Shown: in pieces, positions 38,532 to 48,968 of the stretch
Numbering within the stretch: position 1 is the stretch's first letter
Layout of the letters: each line of letters opens with the position of its first letter
Program-made: the position numbers and the translations under genes
Notes under the pieces: model-generated
What the model was told of the DNA's origin: nothing
The model's input: the letters and a program-made list of their open reading frames with translations, nothing else
Database searches by the model: none
NCBI RefSeq assembly: GCF_000143415.4
Contig: NW_003314288.1
Span: 270,002 to 334,001 of the forward strand
Source: Selaginella moellendorffii
Lineage: Eukaryota > Plantae > Lycopodiophyta
Direction: 5' to 3'
DNA length: 64,000 nucleotides

Positions 38532-41500
38532 TCAAAAGTAGTTGTCACAGGAACATCTGCCATCCTGGAACACATGAACCCGACTGGCATCTTTGCAGAT
38601 GATTAGCCTTTTTTCCAGCTTAGAGATGAGAGCAGTGGCCACATGGCAATCGTCACAAACTCGGAGATTTTTCACAATTCTGATGGTCTCCTTCTGGTGT
38701 GAGTTCACCAGAGCACACCCCAGCGCAAGCTTCTCACTGTGGCCGCACAGGTGATCCTCTTTCTCTTCCTTGGGTATGTCTTTTAGAACGTTGATCACAT
38801 CGCTCGCGTACCCCTCCTCTTTCATTCTCAGCAACAATTGCTGGAGCTTGGCCGCAATCTCGTTGCTCTGTGAGTGACTCCTATCCCCGACAGAAAAAGA
38901 ATGCACTTTTCCTGAGCTAACATCCGTCCACCAGCTTCTCCCGGGCTCCCTGAAGCTGCCTTCACCTCTCATTCTCTCCACAACAGCGGCCCTTTCACTG
39001 AGCATCCCCAGGTTTCCAAATATATTGGCCATCAATGCGTAGGGCGTGCCGCTCTTGGGATCCATCTCCACAAGACGCTCAAACGCGAGTTTGCCGATCG
39101 TGTAATTCTTCCACTTCCGGCAGGCTCCGAGCAGGGACGTCCAAACCACTGCATCCGGTTCAAAAGGCATGGCTCTGAGAACTCTCACAGCTTCGTCGAG
39201 GAGGTTAGCTCGCCCGAGCATATCGATCAGGCACACATAATGCTCCAGACGTGGCTTGACTCCATACTGCTTGGGCATTTCATCCAGAAGCTGCCTTCCT
39301 TTCCCGACCAGACCACCATGGCTGCAAGCGTTCAACACCGAAACAAAACTCACATCGTCAGCTTTACAGCCCTCCTCCTGAGTCATGGAATAGAAACGCT
39401 CCAAGGCCTCGATCGATCGGCCCTGGAGAGTGTAAGCCTGTATGAGAGAGTTCCAGAGAGCCGTGTCGTCCCGAGCTCGGCACTCGTCAAACGCTTCCTG
39501 AGCAGAATCAACATCGCCACATTTGCCGTAGAAGCTCACCAGGCTGGAGCCCAGAACTGGATTGTTTTTCAGCAGCCCTTTATGCTTCGCCAGCTGGTGA
39601 ATCTCCCTCCCGAGCTTGATCGCCATCACACTCCCGCAAGCAACAAGGACACAGGTGTAGGTGCAAGCATCAGCTTGAATGGTGTTATCAGCTCTCAGGG
39701 CAGAGTAATACTCCAGAGCAAGTTCAGCTCGCCCGTTCGTGTTGCAGCCCTGGATGATCGCAGTGTAGGACACAACACTCCGAGTTCCCATGGAGTTGAA
39801 AATCTTGCGAGCCTCCTCAAGCTCGCCACACTTGCAATACATGTCTACCAGGCAATTCGCCACGAACAGATCTAGCTGTTTCTTCTCCTTGCTCAGCATT
39901 GAATGGATCTCCATCCCGATGCGTAGAGCTCTCTCCCTCTTCTCGCTGGATTCGGTAGCAAGTGTGGAGCAGGCACTGATCACCACGACATGAGTCCGAT
40001 CGTCGGGTTGAATGGTGTTATCAGCTCTCAGGGCAGAGTAGTACTCCAGAGCAAGTTCAGCTCGCCCGTTCGTGTTGCACCCCTGGATGATCGCGGTGTA
40101 GGGCACAACACTCCGAGTTCCCATGGAGTGGAAAATCTTGCGAGCCTCCTCAAGCTCGCCACACTTGCAGTACATGTCTACCAGGCAATTCGCCACGAAC
40201 AGATCTAGCTGTTTCTTCTCCTTGCTCAGCATTGAATGGATCTCCATCCCGATGCGTAGAGCTCTCTCCCTCTTCTCGCTGGATTCGGCAGCAAGTGTGG
40301 AGCAGGCGCTGATCACCACGACATGAGTCCGATCGTCGGGTTGAATGGTGTTATCAGCTCTCAGGGCAGAGTAGTACTCCAGAGCAAGTTCAGCTCGCCC
40401 GTTCGTGTTGCACCCCTGGATGATCGCGGTGTAGGACACAACACTCCGAGTTCCCATGGAGTGGAAAATCTTGCAAGCCTCCTCAAGCTCGCCACACTTG
40501 CAGTACATGTCTACCAGGCAAGTCGCCATGTACAGACCTAGATGTTTCTTCTCCTTGCTCAGTACTGAATGGACTTCCATCCCGATGCGTAGAGCTCTCT
40601 CCCTCTTCTCGCTGGATTCGGTAGCAAGTGTGGAGCAGGCGCTGATCACCGCAACATGTGTCCGATCGTTGGGTTGAATGGTGGTACAAGCTCTCAGGGC
40701 AGAGTAGTACTCCAGAGCAAGTTGAGCTCGCCCGTTCGTGTTGCACCCCTGGATGATCGCAGTGTAGGACACAACACTCCGAGTTCCCATGGAGTGGAAA
40801 ATCTTGCGAGCCTCCTCAAGCTCGCCACACTTGCAGTACATGTCTACCAGGCAATTCGCCACGAACAGACCTAGATGTTTCTTCTCCTTGCTCAGTACTG
40901 AATGGACTTCCATCCCGATGCGTAGAGCTCTCTCCCTCTTCTCGCTGGCAGTAGCAAGTGTGGAGCAGGCGCTGATCACCGCGACATGTGTCCAATCGTC
41001 GGGTTGAATGGTGTTATCAGCTCTCAGGGCAGAGTAGTACTCCAGAGCAAGTTCAGCTCGCCCGTTCGAGCCGCAGCCGTGGATGATCGCGTTGTAGGAC
41101 ACAACACTCCGAGTTCCCATGGAGTGGAAAATCTTGCGAGCCTCCTCAAGCTCGCCACACTTGCAGTACATGTCTACCAGGCAAGTCGCCACGAACAGAT
41201 CTAGCTGTTTCTTCTCCTTGCTCAGCATTGAATGGATCTCCATCCCGATGCGTAGAGCTCTCTCCCTCTTCTCGCTGGATTCGGTAGCAAGTCTGGAGCA
41301 GGCGCTGATCACCGCGACATGTGTCCGATCGTTGGGTTGAATGGTGGTACAAGCTCTCAGGGCAGAGTAGTACTCCAGAGCGAGTTCAGCTTGCCCGTTC
41401 GAGCCGCAGCCCTGGATGATCGCGTTGTAGGACACAACACTCCGGGTTCCCATGGAGTCGAAAATCTTGCGAGCCTCCTCAAGCTCGCCACACTTGCAGT

Positions 41501-41789
41501 ACATATCGATCAATCCCGTCAACAAGTAGATGTTGCTTTTGTGCTCATCACTCTTGAGCACAGCTTCATGGGCTTGTTTTCCCAAAGAAAGGGATCTGCT
41601 CTCAGCTGAGTCTCTCACGCGGTGTATCAGCCTCCCTAAACTCACCGGTTCAGCTACAGGTGGGGTATGTGGAGATTTGTAGCGGGCCGTGGTGGCCTTA
41701 CCTACAGCTGGGTCAGCGAGCGACTCGAGTTTTGCAGAGACCCAGGTTGGTGATTTCCTGTTGGCGATCCCTCTCTCCGGTAGAAACAT
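38532..41789 (-). CDS. PLS-class PPR-DYW RNA editing factor (DYW:WW-type cytidine deaminase domain)
   Basis: Uninterrupted ORF (track 38532-41825; first ATG 41789). PLS array, P2-L2-S2, E1/E2, PGRSWWTD, HSEKLA, KNLRVCDDCH, terminal CSCDNYF. Confidence 0.95.
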   Translation of the reverse strand: MFLPERGIANRKSPTWVSAKLESLADPAVGKATTARYKSPHTPPVAEPVSLGRLIHRVRDSAESRSLSLGKQAHEAVLKSDEHKSNIYLLTGLIDMYCKCGELEEARKIFDSMGTRSVVSYNAIIQGCGSNGQAELALEYYSALRACTTIQPNDRTHVAVISACSRLATESSEKRERALRIGMEIHSMLSKEKKQLDLFVATCLVDMYCKCGELEEARKIFHSMGTRSVVSYNAIIHGCGSNGRAELALEYYSALRADNTIQPDDWTHVAVISACSTLATASEKRERALRIGMEVHSVLSKEKKHLGLFVANCLVDMYCKCGELEEARKIFHSMGTRSVVSYTAIIQGCNTNGRAQLALEYYSALRACTTIQPNDRTHVAVISACSTLATESSEKRERALRIGMEVHSVLSKEKKHLGLYMATCLVDMYCKCGELEEACKIFHSMGTRSVVSYTAIIQGCNTNGRAELALEYYSALRADNTIQPDDRTHVVVISACSTLAAESSEKRERALRIGMEIHSMLSKEKKQLDLFVANCLVDMYCKCGELEEARKIFHSMGTRSVVPYTAIIQGCNTNGRAELALEYYSALRADNTIQPDDRTHVVVISACSTLATESSEKRERALRIGMEIHSMLSKEKKQLDLFVANCLVDMYCKCGELEEARKIFNSMGTRSVVSYTAIIQGCNTNGRAELALEYYSALRADNTIQADACTYTCVLVACGSVMAIKLGREIHQLAKHKGLLKNNPVLGSSLVSFYGKCGDVDSAQEAFDECRARDDTALWNSLIQAYTLQGRSIEALERFYSMTQEEGCKADDVSFVSVLNACSHGGLVGKGRQLLDEMPKQYGVKPRLEHYVCLIDMLGRANLLDEAVRVLRAMPFEPDAVVWTSLLGACRKWKNYTIGKLAFERLVEMDPKSGTPYALMANIFGNLGMLSERAAVVERMRGEGSFREPGRSWWTDVSSGKVHSFSVGDRSHSQSNEIAAKLQQLLLRMKEEGYASDVINVLKDIPKEEKEDHLCGHSEKLALGCALVNSHQKETIRIVKNLRVCDDCHVATALISKLEKRLIICKDASRVHVFQDGRCSCDNYF
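39670..41510 (-). repeat. Tandem array of about 5.5 near-identical 333-bp (111-aa) P-L-S units
   Basis: Six copies of DMYCKCGELEEA.KIF.SMGTRSVV.Y; period 333 bp (one unit 330 bp), also visible in the periodic antisense ORFs. Confidence 0.95.
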
Positions 41790-42129
41790 GTTTGAAACTG
41801 CATGAGATTGTTGCACACACACCACACAAACCCTAGCGCCGCACGCATACCCTAGAAATCCCGATTTGTTAGTACTTAACTGTAGCAGTAAAAAGCTCGT
41901 GTTTTCCTGTTTTTTCTTTTTCTAATTCTTATCCTTTTTAAACTTTACAATGTCACAGCTTAACTGCAGCAGCTTAGATGTTTATTGTCTCTTTGATTGG
42001 GCAGTGACCTCCACCAAAGAGAAGGTCACCAGAGCCATAGCACACACCATCAAGACAATCATCAGTGCTCCATCAAGATTATAAATTGAGTGTGAAAGGG
42101 AATAAAAGTTACCAACTTAAACTTAATAT

Positions 42130-43200
42130 ATCGTAAAGTCAGGTATTTGTTTAACGTCCGCTTGGAGCAAACCCTGCTCATCGGATGGCCTCATGACAAC
42201 CCATTACAACCCAGGATGAAAACTCCACATCAAAGCTTAAGGCAGCATCGCTTGTGATCGCCTTCATCTTGCTTTACAAACTGAAGTTATCGAGGTTCGT
42301 GATTGGATAATGCTTGATGGTGCTGAGACTCAAATCATCTTTGTTATGGAAACAACCCCATCACCTCAAGGCATTGTTTTTTATCCCCATAACAGTGGTG
42401 CACTGTTTCCATGTATAGTTCCCGAGGAGGTCCCAGTTCCCAGGATGGCCTTCGGTAAAAGGATCAGGACGCTACATCAGAGAGGGAAATACACTGAACT
42501 GGATCCTAAGGTTCAACTGGGAGAATGCTCTGCAATACACTAGTTTGGGGAGTACCTAAATCTGATTTTATATAGGATCCGGCTCAGTTATCCTGGAGTT
42601 CAGTGTGTCTTTTTTTATGTACAGGTCTAAGCATGGCAGAGAGCTTTTGATGGATAAAATTGACACCAGGCTTATGCGGAAGTTGAAGAATCGGAAGTAC
42701 ATTGTGAACATGTGGAAGACACTGGTGGAAGCTAAGGTAAGCTGGCTTCTTGTGCAGGACAGCATCGCTGTTGGTGATTGGCTCACAGTTCACAAAACTC
42801 TGTGTATTCTATGCAACGAAAACCCCGTGGAGATGCTTGAACACCCCTTCACATGCAAATTTGCAGTTGTATTTGGCTCTTTGATCAGAGATCTAGGTCC
42901 AGAATCAGCTGGTTCATCACGAAATACGGTGACATTTTTCCCTCTGCTCCAACTATGATGAACAGTGGTGAGGAGAGAGAAGCTAGCAAAGCATCCCGCT
43001 AACAAAACCACTAACTGTCTCACGTGACACAACACCTCCAGCCATTAACGGGGTCAGAAAAGAAAGAAAGGATAGGAGCAAGCGACTACTTCTCCTCTTC
43101 CTCTGGAATGTCATCCAGTCATACTCAAAATTAGGAAACAACATCATCCTCAACTTCCCATGTAGCATCATATGGAGAATAACCATTCCACTGAACAAGT
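42130..43200. mobile_element. Rearranged LINE (non-LTR) remnants
   Basis: Plus strand zf-RVT-like WLLVQDSIAVGDWL...CILCNENPVEMLEH.F.C (42605-42958); weak endonuclease/RT-like pieces on the minus strand on either side. Confidence 0.55.
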
Positions 43201-43239
43201 AACTCTCTCCAAGTCTTACGATGTGTGCGCGCTAGCCGT

Positions 43240-44460
43240 TGCTATAACACACAAGTAGGGCCAACCTTCAAACATCTATCTCTGGAATCTTGATGGCAGA
43301 CTGGTCCAAGATATTACCAGAATGCAAACATGCCTTCAACTTCCTACATAGAAGACGGGATGAATCTTCACACCACTAGGCAAGTCTAGTTGATAGGCAA
43401 GGTCTCCAACTCGTTTGAGAATAATCCAAGGCCTACAGTACTGTGGCGACAACTTAGAACTACCTCCACCTTGAAGAGCTCACTGAGCTTCAGACAACTG
43501 AAGGAAAACCTTGTCTCCAACCTGAAACTGCTTGTGCTGACAATGCTCATCAGCCAACTCCTTTGCCTGGTGCACCTTAAGAGAAGCCAAGTTCATACCA
43601 ACAGGGGACCGAGGTTGAAAGCCATACATTGCCATAAACAGAGCCATCTCAATAGCCAAATGGAAGGCACAGTTATGGGCAAACTCTAACAAAGGCAAGT
43701 ACTTCTCCCAAATACCTTGCCTCTTCAGATGACCAACAAACGATCTCAGCATGTCTTCCAGCACCTAATTAACTTGTTTTGTTTGTCCATCTGACAGTGG
43801 ATGCTCATGCTCAGCTTTGTCTCAAGCTTCTGGAACACCGTATGCCAAAACACCAAAGTGAACGTGGGATCCCGATCACTTACAACATCCTTAGGCAGCC
43901 CATAGAGAAATACAGCTGAGCAAGGTCAAAAGCCTTAGCATTCGTTTTCACAAGGAAGAAGTGAGCCAACATCATCACACAATCCACAACAACCCAGATA
44001 GCATTATTGTCTTGAAGTGCGTACTATGAAACTCATAGAAAATGCTATGAGGTTAACTATGGTAGAGACCTTTATGCTTCTGACAATCCATTGTGACTGC
44101 CTGACCGGTCTAACAACTGTGCACATACTTATCAACACCTAACTTCATTCCAGGCCAAAATAAATGCATCTCTACCAAAACACATGTCCTCGATGTCCTG
44201 CACTTGGTGCAACGGACACTCTTACAGAATCCATTGTCAATGACTATCTGAGTCTTTTGAGGATCTTCCCCCACACAGCATCTCGTGGCACCACATGTCC
44301 GAGATAGGTGATCTCCTCTAAGAAGAACTCACACTTTGACAGTTTAGAATACAGCTTGTTCTCCCTGAATAGCGGCAACATTTGCCTCACATGCATTTCA
44401 TGTTCCTCCTTAGTCGTAGGACATCATCAAAGTAGTGTCTCACACATGAGATTGCATAAC
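43240..44460 (-). mobile_element. Highly deleted Gypsy pol remnant (RT/integrase)
   Basis: LYSKLSKCEFFLEEI, VSDRDP.F, QVLEDMLRSFV, WEKYLPLLEFAHN, FQVGDKVFL. Confidence 0.75.
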
Positions 44461-44469
44461 TCTATCAAA

Positions 44470-46794
44470 AGAACTGTTTGATAATAGTTAGCCTTGGCCA
44501 TCATATGAAGCAACATCTTTGCTGAGTTAGAAAAGACTCCTTGAGCATTCCAAAGCTTCAAAACGAGATAGTCAAAGGATCTCAATTAGCAATAAGTTGT
44601 TCTAGCATAGCTAGTTTTATTTTGATCGATTCTTCTTGGTTGATTTTGTATTGTTTTGCCATTCGTAGTGATGAAATGACGTACTCAAGTGGTGTCAAAG
44701 CTTCAAGGCTATAAATGAGCTTGAATGGTGTCGAATTTGTTGAAACCTTATATGTGGTTCGATATGACTATAGGGCATTGTAGATGTGATTGTCCAAGTC
44801 TTTCTGATTTATTTCACGATTTTCATGAGGACGTTTATGAGTGTCTTGTTTGTAAACTCTGCTTGACCGTTGCCTTGAGGGTAGTATGGTGTTAAAGCCT
44901 TGTGCTAGATAGTGAATTCTTGAATTAGAATCTTGATGGTTTCATTGATGAAGTGTGTTCCTTGATCAGTGACGAGTTCTCAAAGTAAGCCATATCTTGT
45001 GATGATGTTTTCGTAAATGAACTTTGTTGTGTTCTTTGTTGTAGCAATCTTTATTGGTTGAGCTTCAGCCCATTTTGTCATATAGTCTATTGCAATTAGA
45101 ATGTACTAGTTTTGCTTGGAGCTTGTCATAAGTGGACCAACAAAGTCACGTCCTCATTATTGAAAAGGTTTGAGTGGAGTTTTTGGATGAAGTTCTTGAG
45201 TTTATTTCTTTGGTGCATACTTGGTTCATTGATAAATGTCACATTTTTTACAGAACTTGGCTTAGTTGTGCCAAAGTGTTGGCCATTAAAGTTTTGCTTG
45301 TAAAATTTTTTGAGTTGTGACTTCTTCAGCAAAATGTCCTCCTACTTGTCCACAATAAGCTTCTTCAAGTAGATCTTGTGTTTCTTTTGGGTTTGCACAT
45401 CTTTATAAAATGTTGCCTCTTCTTTGTTTGCATAGTTTTCTTCCCACGACTGAATATGGTCTTGTCCTCAAGATAAATTGCTTGTGCTTGTTGGAGGTTG
45501 AATATCAACTTGGTATTATTGTTGTTGTAAGGTAGTAGTAGATGTTGTCCATCAAGGTTGGTGATATGTGGATTCAAAGGATATTGAAGTCAAGAAAGTT
45601 GTCCATGTTGTGTTTTGGTTGTTCATCAATTGTAATGTGGTTTAGGTGTTTATGTTCTCTTCCAAGCTTGTAGATGATCTCGAAGTTGTATTCTTGAAGT
45701 AGTAAGAACCATCGTACAATTCTGCCAATGAGGATTGTTTTGTTGAGAAAGTGGAGGAAGTTACCAAGTAGGTAATATCAAAACTTCTAGAGTGCATAGA
45801 TCATTGCTAGAGCTTCTTTTTCAATTGTAGTGTAGTTCATTTTAGCTGAGTTGAGTTTTCAACTTGCATAGTAGGTTGGTCAGTCTTTATGATCTTCTTG
45901 TTGTTGCAAAAGGATCACTCTGAGGGCATAGTTGGAGGCATTGACTTGGATGTTGAAGTTTTTGTTCCAATTTGGTTGAGCAAGTATTGAAGCTTGGGTG
46001 AGGGAATTCTTGAGGTTGATGAAGGCATTTTAACAATCTTGAGTCCAATTGTAAACTTGATTTTTCTTGAAGAGTTCAGCGATAGGTTTTGCAATCTTGG
46101 CGTAGTCTTTGATGAATCTTCAATGGTATCCCATTTTACCGAGGAATGATCAAAGGCTTGTCTTTGTCGATGAGGATTCCTTGTTTGGAAACTATATGTC
46201 TGAGTAGAATTCCTGATTTGACGAAGAAAATGCACTTGTCGAGGTTCAATGCGATTTTGTGGTCACGGCATTTGATGAAGTATTTCTCTAAGCATTGGAG
46301 ATGATCTTCTTTGTTGCTAAAGACACTGAAGTCATCCATAAATACTTGCATAAATTCGGTGAGGTATTCTTGAAAAGTGTCAATGATTGAAACATGAATA
46401 GTGCATTGGAGAGACTGAAAGGCATGTGAAGATAGGCGTATGCTCCCCATGGATTGATGAAAGCTGTCTTGTGTTGATCATCAGGTGCAATGTGTACTTG
46501 ATTGTGTCTACTGAAGCCGTTGAGAAAGGAGTACATTTCATATCTTGCAACTGCATCAAGAATTTCATTAGAGAATGGAATTGAAAAGGTGTCCTTTTGA
46601 GTTGTATCGTTGAGCTTCTTATATTTGACACAAATCCTAAGTTTGTTGTTCTTCTTGGGGACAATGACTAGTGGTGATAACCATTTTAGATTTTGAACTG
46701 GGAAGATGAATCTAACATTTTCGAGTTTTTCAAGCTCTTCCTTAACTTTGGTTTGTATGTTTAGATTCATTCGGTAGGCTGATTACTTTGTTGG
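44470..46794 (-). mobile_element. Gypsy pol remnant (related to 15760-23712), 3' part
   Basis: WLSPLVIVPKKNNKLRICV, HKTAFINPWG, VFMDDFSVF, RNase H and integrase remnants (DQGTHF, PYYPQGNGQAE). Confidence 0.88.
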
Positions 46795-46840
46795 GGGATG
46801 GTCCAAAGTTGAGTTGAGCTCATGAGTTGAGCTCAATTCA
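46795..46840 (+). repeat. Left TIR
   Basis: GGGATGGTCCAAAGTTGAGTTGAGCTCATGAGTTGAGCTCAATT. Confidence 0.85.
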
Positions 46841-47991
46841 ACACAAGTCAACATAGTCAATAAGAAATATTACAAAGGAGATCTAAATTGAACAAATGAA
46901 GGTTCTAGCAAACTTTAAAATATTAAAATACGTAAATATCTAAGTTAAAAGTTTCTATAAGATTGAATTGTTTAAAAAAGACAAAGTTCATGAGAACCTA
47001 TCTTTTATAAAACTATATTATTTTATTATGACAACTGTTACAGCTGTCATATTTGATTTGACTACTTAATATTTTGAATACTTTTACAGCTGTAGATACT
47101 ATTCCTTCATTCAAAAGAGTTTTTAGGGTTCTTGAGAAGATGGGAAGCAAGGAAAATACAAGATCTGTGAGTAAGAGTTGTAGTGCAAAGGAATGTGAGA
47201 ATGTTAATTTTATTTCACTACCACAATCTCCATAATACACTCTTGGTCCTTATTACCCATCTGGGAATGTGGAGACCACTATCACGATTGATAAAAATGC
47301 TCCTGTTACTTCTGAAACAACAATCCAGAGCAAGAGAAATGAAGAAATGAACAGCACAGCAGAAAGCGTCAAGAAATCTACTCCATAAAACTTTCCATGA
47401 CATTTGTAATTTACATATTAATTCATATTAAAAACTCTATTGCTTGCCTATATCGCAATCCTCTCATATGATAAGACCAAGGTATATTTTGCAGTGAATC
47501 CTCATTAAAAGTTTTTGGGAATTGTTTATAAATAATGATAAAAGAAATCAAAATCTTTCGAAAGACTCAAAAGTAATATGACATCAAAGAATCAACTTTA
47601 TCTACATTTCCAAGACTAAAAGGCAATCTCACATGAGAGAATGGTAGCGTGCCAACGTGCTCTACCACTATAATGTGGTCTATATTTCCTTGCAATTTAT
47701 TTCCGTAGACATTTGGCATGTGTATATGTGTAGCAAAGTAGAATTCATCATAATGATAGAGCATGTGTATACACGATAATCTAAAATTCTAGAAGCTCTT
47801 ATGTTTACAAGAAAGCTATGATTATGAAGCCCCATTTCCAAGACTGACATTTAAAGAATCTGAGTATTGTCAGTGTCATAATAAATAAACCGCATTCCCA
47901 AGACTAAAACTTAGTATATAAACTATCTAGAAAAGTTATAGTCATTGTAGGTTTTTTGTTCTCCTTGAGCTCCTTAGAAGTTTATATTGAA

Positions 47992-48543
47992 ATGGCTCAA
48001 AGGAGACCCATTGCTAATCGTACTTGGCCCCCTAGCATTTCATATCAATCTCCACCTCCATCCCCAAGTTCTACCAACATTCCACCTTCAACTCTACATA
48101 ATAATCCTTTTTCTGCTGAGGGCTATAGTGAAGCTGAATTAGAGCTCCCTATATGTGAAATTCCGGATCTTGCTACTAGAGAGGGATTGCCTTTAGCGCT
48201 TCAAGAGCAATGCCACATGTTTTTGCAAGATCTTGCTCCTGACATGGCAGGACTACTTGAAAGCACAGAACGCTATTACATTCGGTGTCCAATATGCTAC
48301 TTTTTCTTGGACAAGACAAATGGCTCTATGGGTTTACAAACTTTTCTTGAGCACTGTAAGAATTGCCCAATGACAGGTCTGGAAAATGTGCACATGTGGA
48401 TGTACAATAGATTCAAGAATGAGTTACAGACACATACCCACTATCGCTTCATGGTGAGGAACAACATCCCCTTGGGAAACACTGCATTGGCTAGTGCAAA
48501 ATATGGGGTTTTTAGGCCACCCTATAGTGAATGTAAGATCTAG
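47992..48543 (+). CDS. MULE accessory ORF 1: Pro/Ser-rich N-terminus plus CxxC...HC...H zinc finger (zf-XS-like)
   Basis: ATG 47992, TATATAAA ~70 bp upstream; IRCPICY...GLQTFLEHCKNC...VH...KNELQTHTHY; similar to ORF 57410-57862. Confidence 0.65.
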   Translation: MAQRRPIANRTWPPSISYQSPPPSPSSTNIPPSTLHNNPFSAEGYSEAELELPICEIPDLATREGLPLALQEQCHMFLQDLAPDMAGLLESTERYYIRCPICYFFLDKTNGSMGLQTFLEHCKNCPMTGLENVHMWMYNRFKNELQTHTHYRFMVRNNIPLGNTALASAKYGVFRPPYSECKI

Positions 48544-48968
48544 AATTACTTTACTATACTATAGTATTGTCACTATTAAAAGAAAAAATATAATAAAATG
48601 ATATTAGTTGTAGGTAACATACCTTGTTCTAGAAGGTGCTATCATATCACATACAATTGTTTACAAAATGTTGAAGGAGGAGATGGCAACACACAAACGC
48701 TACAAAGTGATGGTGACAGGTGAGAATGATAATCTATAATTATGGTATCTTACACTGACACTGACATCTGACAATTTTACTGACATCTGACACTTTCACT
48801 GACATCTAACATATAACAAGCTTTCCATTTTATGTAAGGATGCAATTAACTTTCTTCTGCCTCATCATCAACATAATGATTTCTTTTATACTTCCTCCTA
48901 TAGTGGTATTATGGGGAAGATTCACCTTGCATATGTTGAGCCATGGCTTCTACATAGTCAGGGAGACT

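Noticed and set aside
39670-41510. Long regular repeat considered as a CRISPR-like array or satellite
   Set aside because: It is an in-frame coding repeat of PPR motifs with no repeat-spacer structure
41982-42075. Signal-peptide-like minus-strand stretch (MIVLMVCAMALVTFSLVEVTAQ)
   Set aside because: Stops after a few more codons with no mature peptide; at most a fragment
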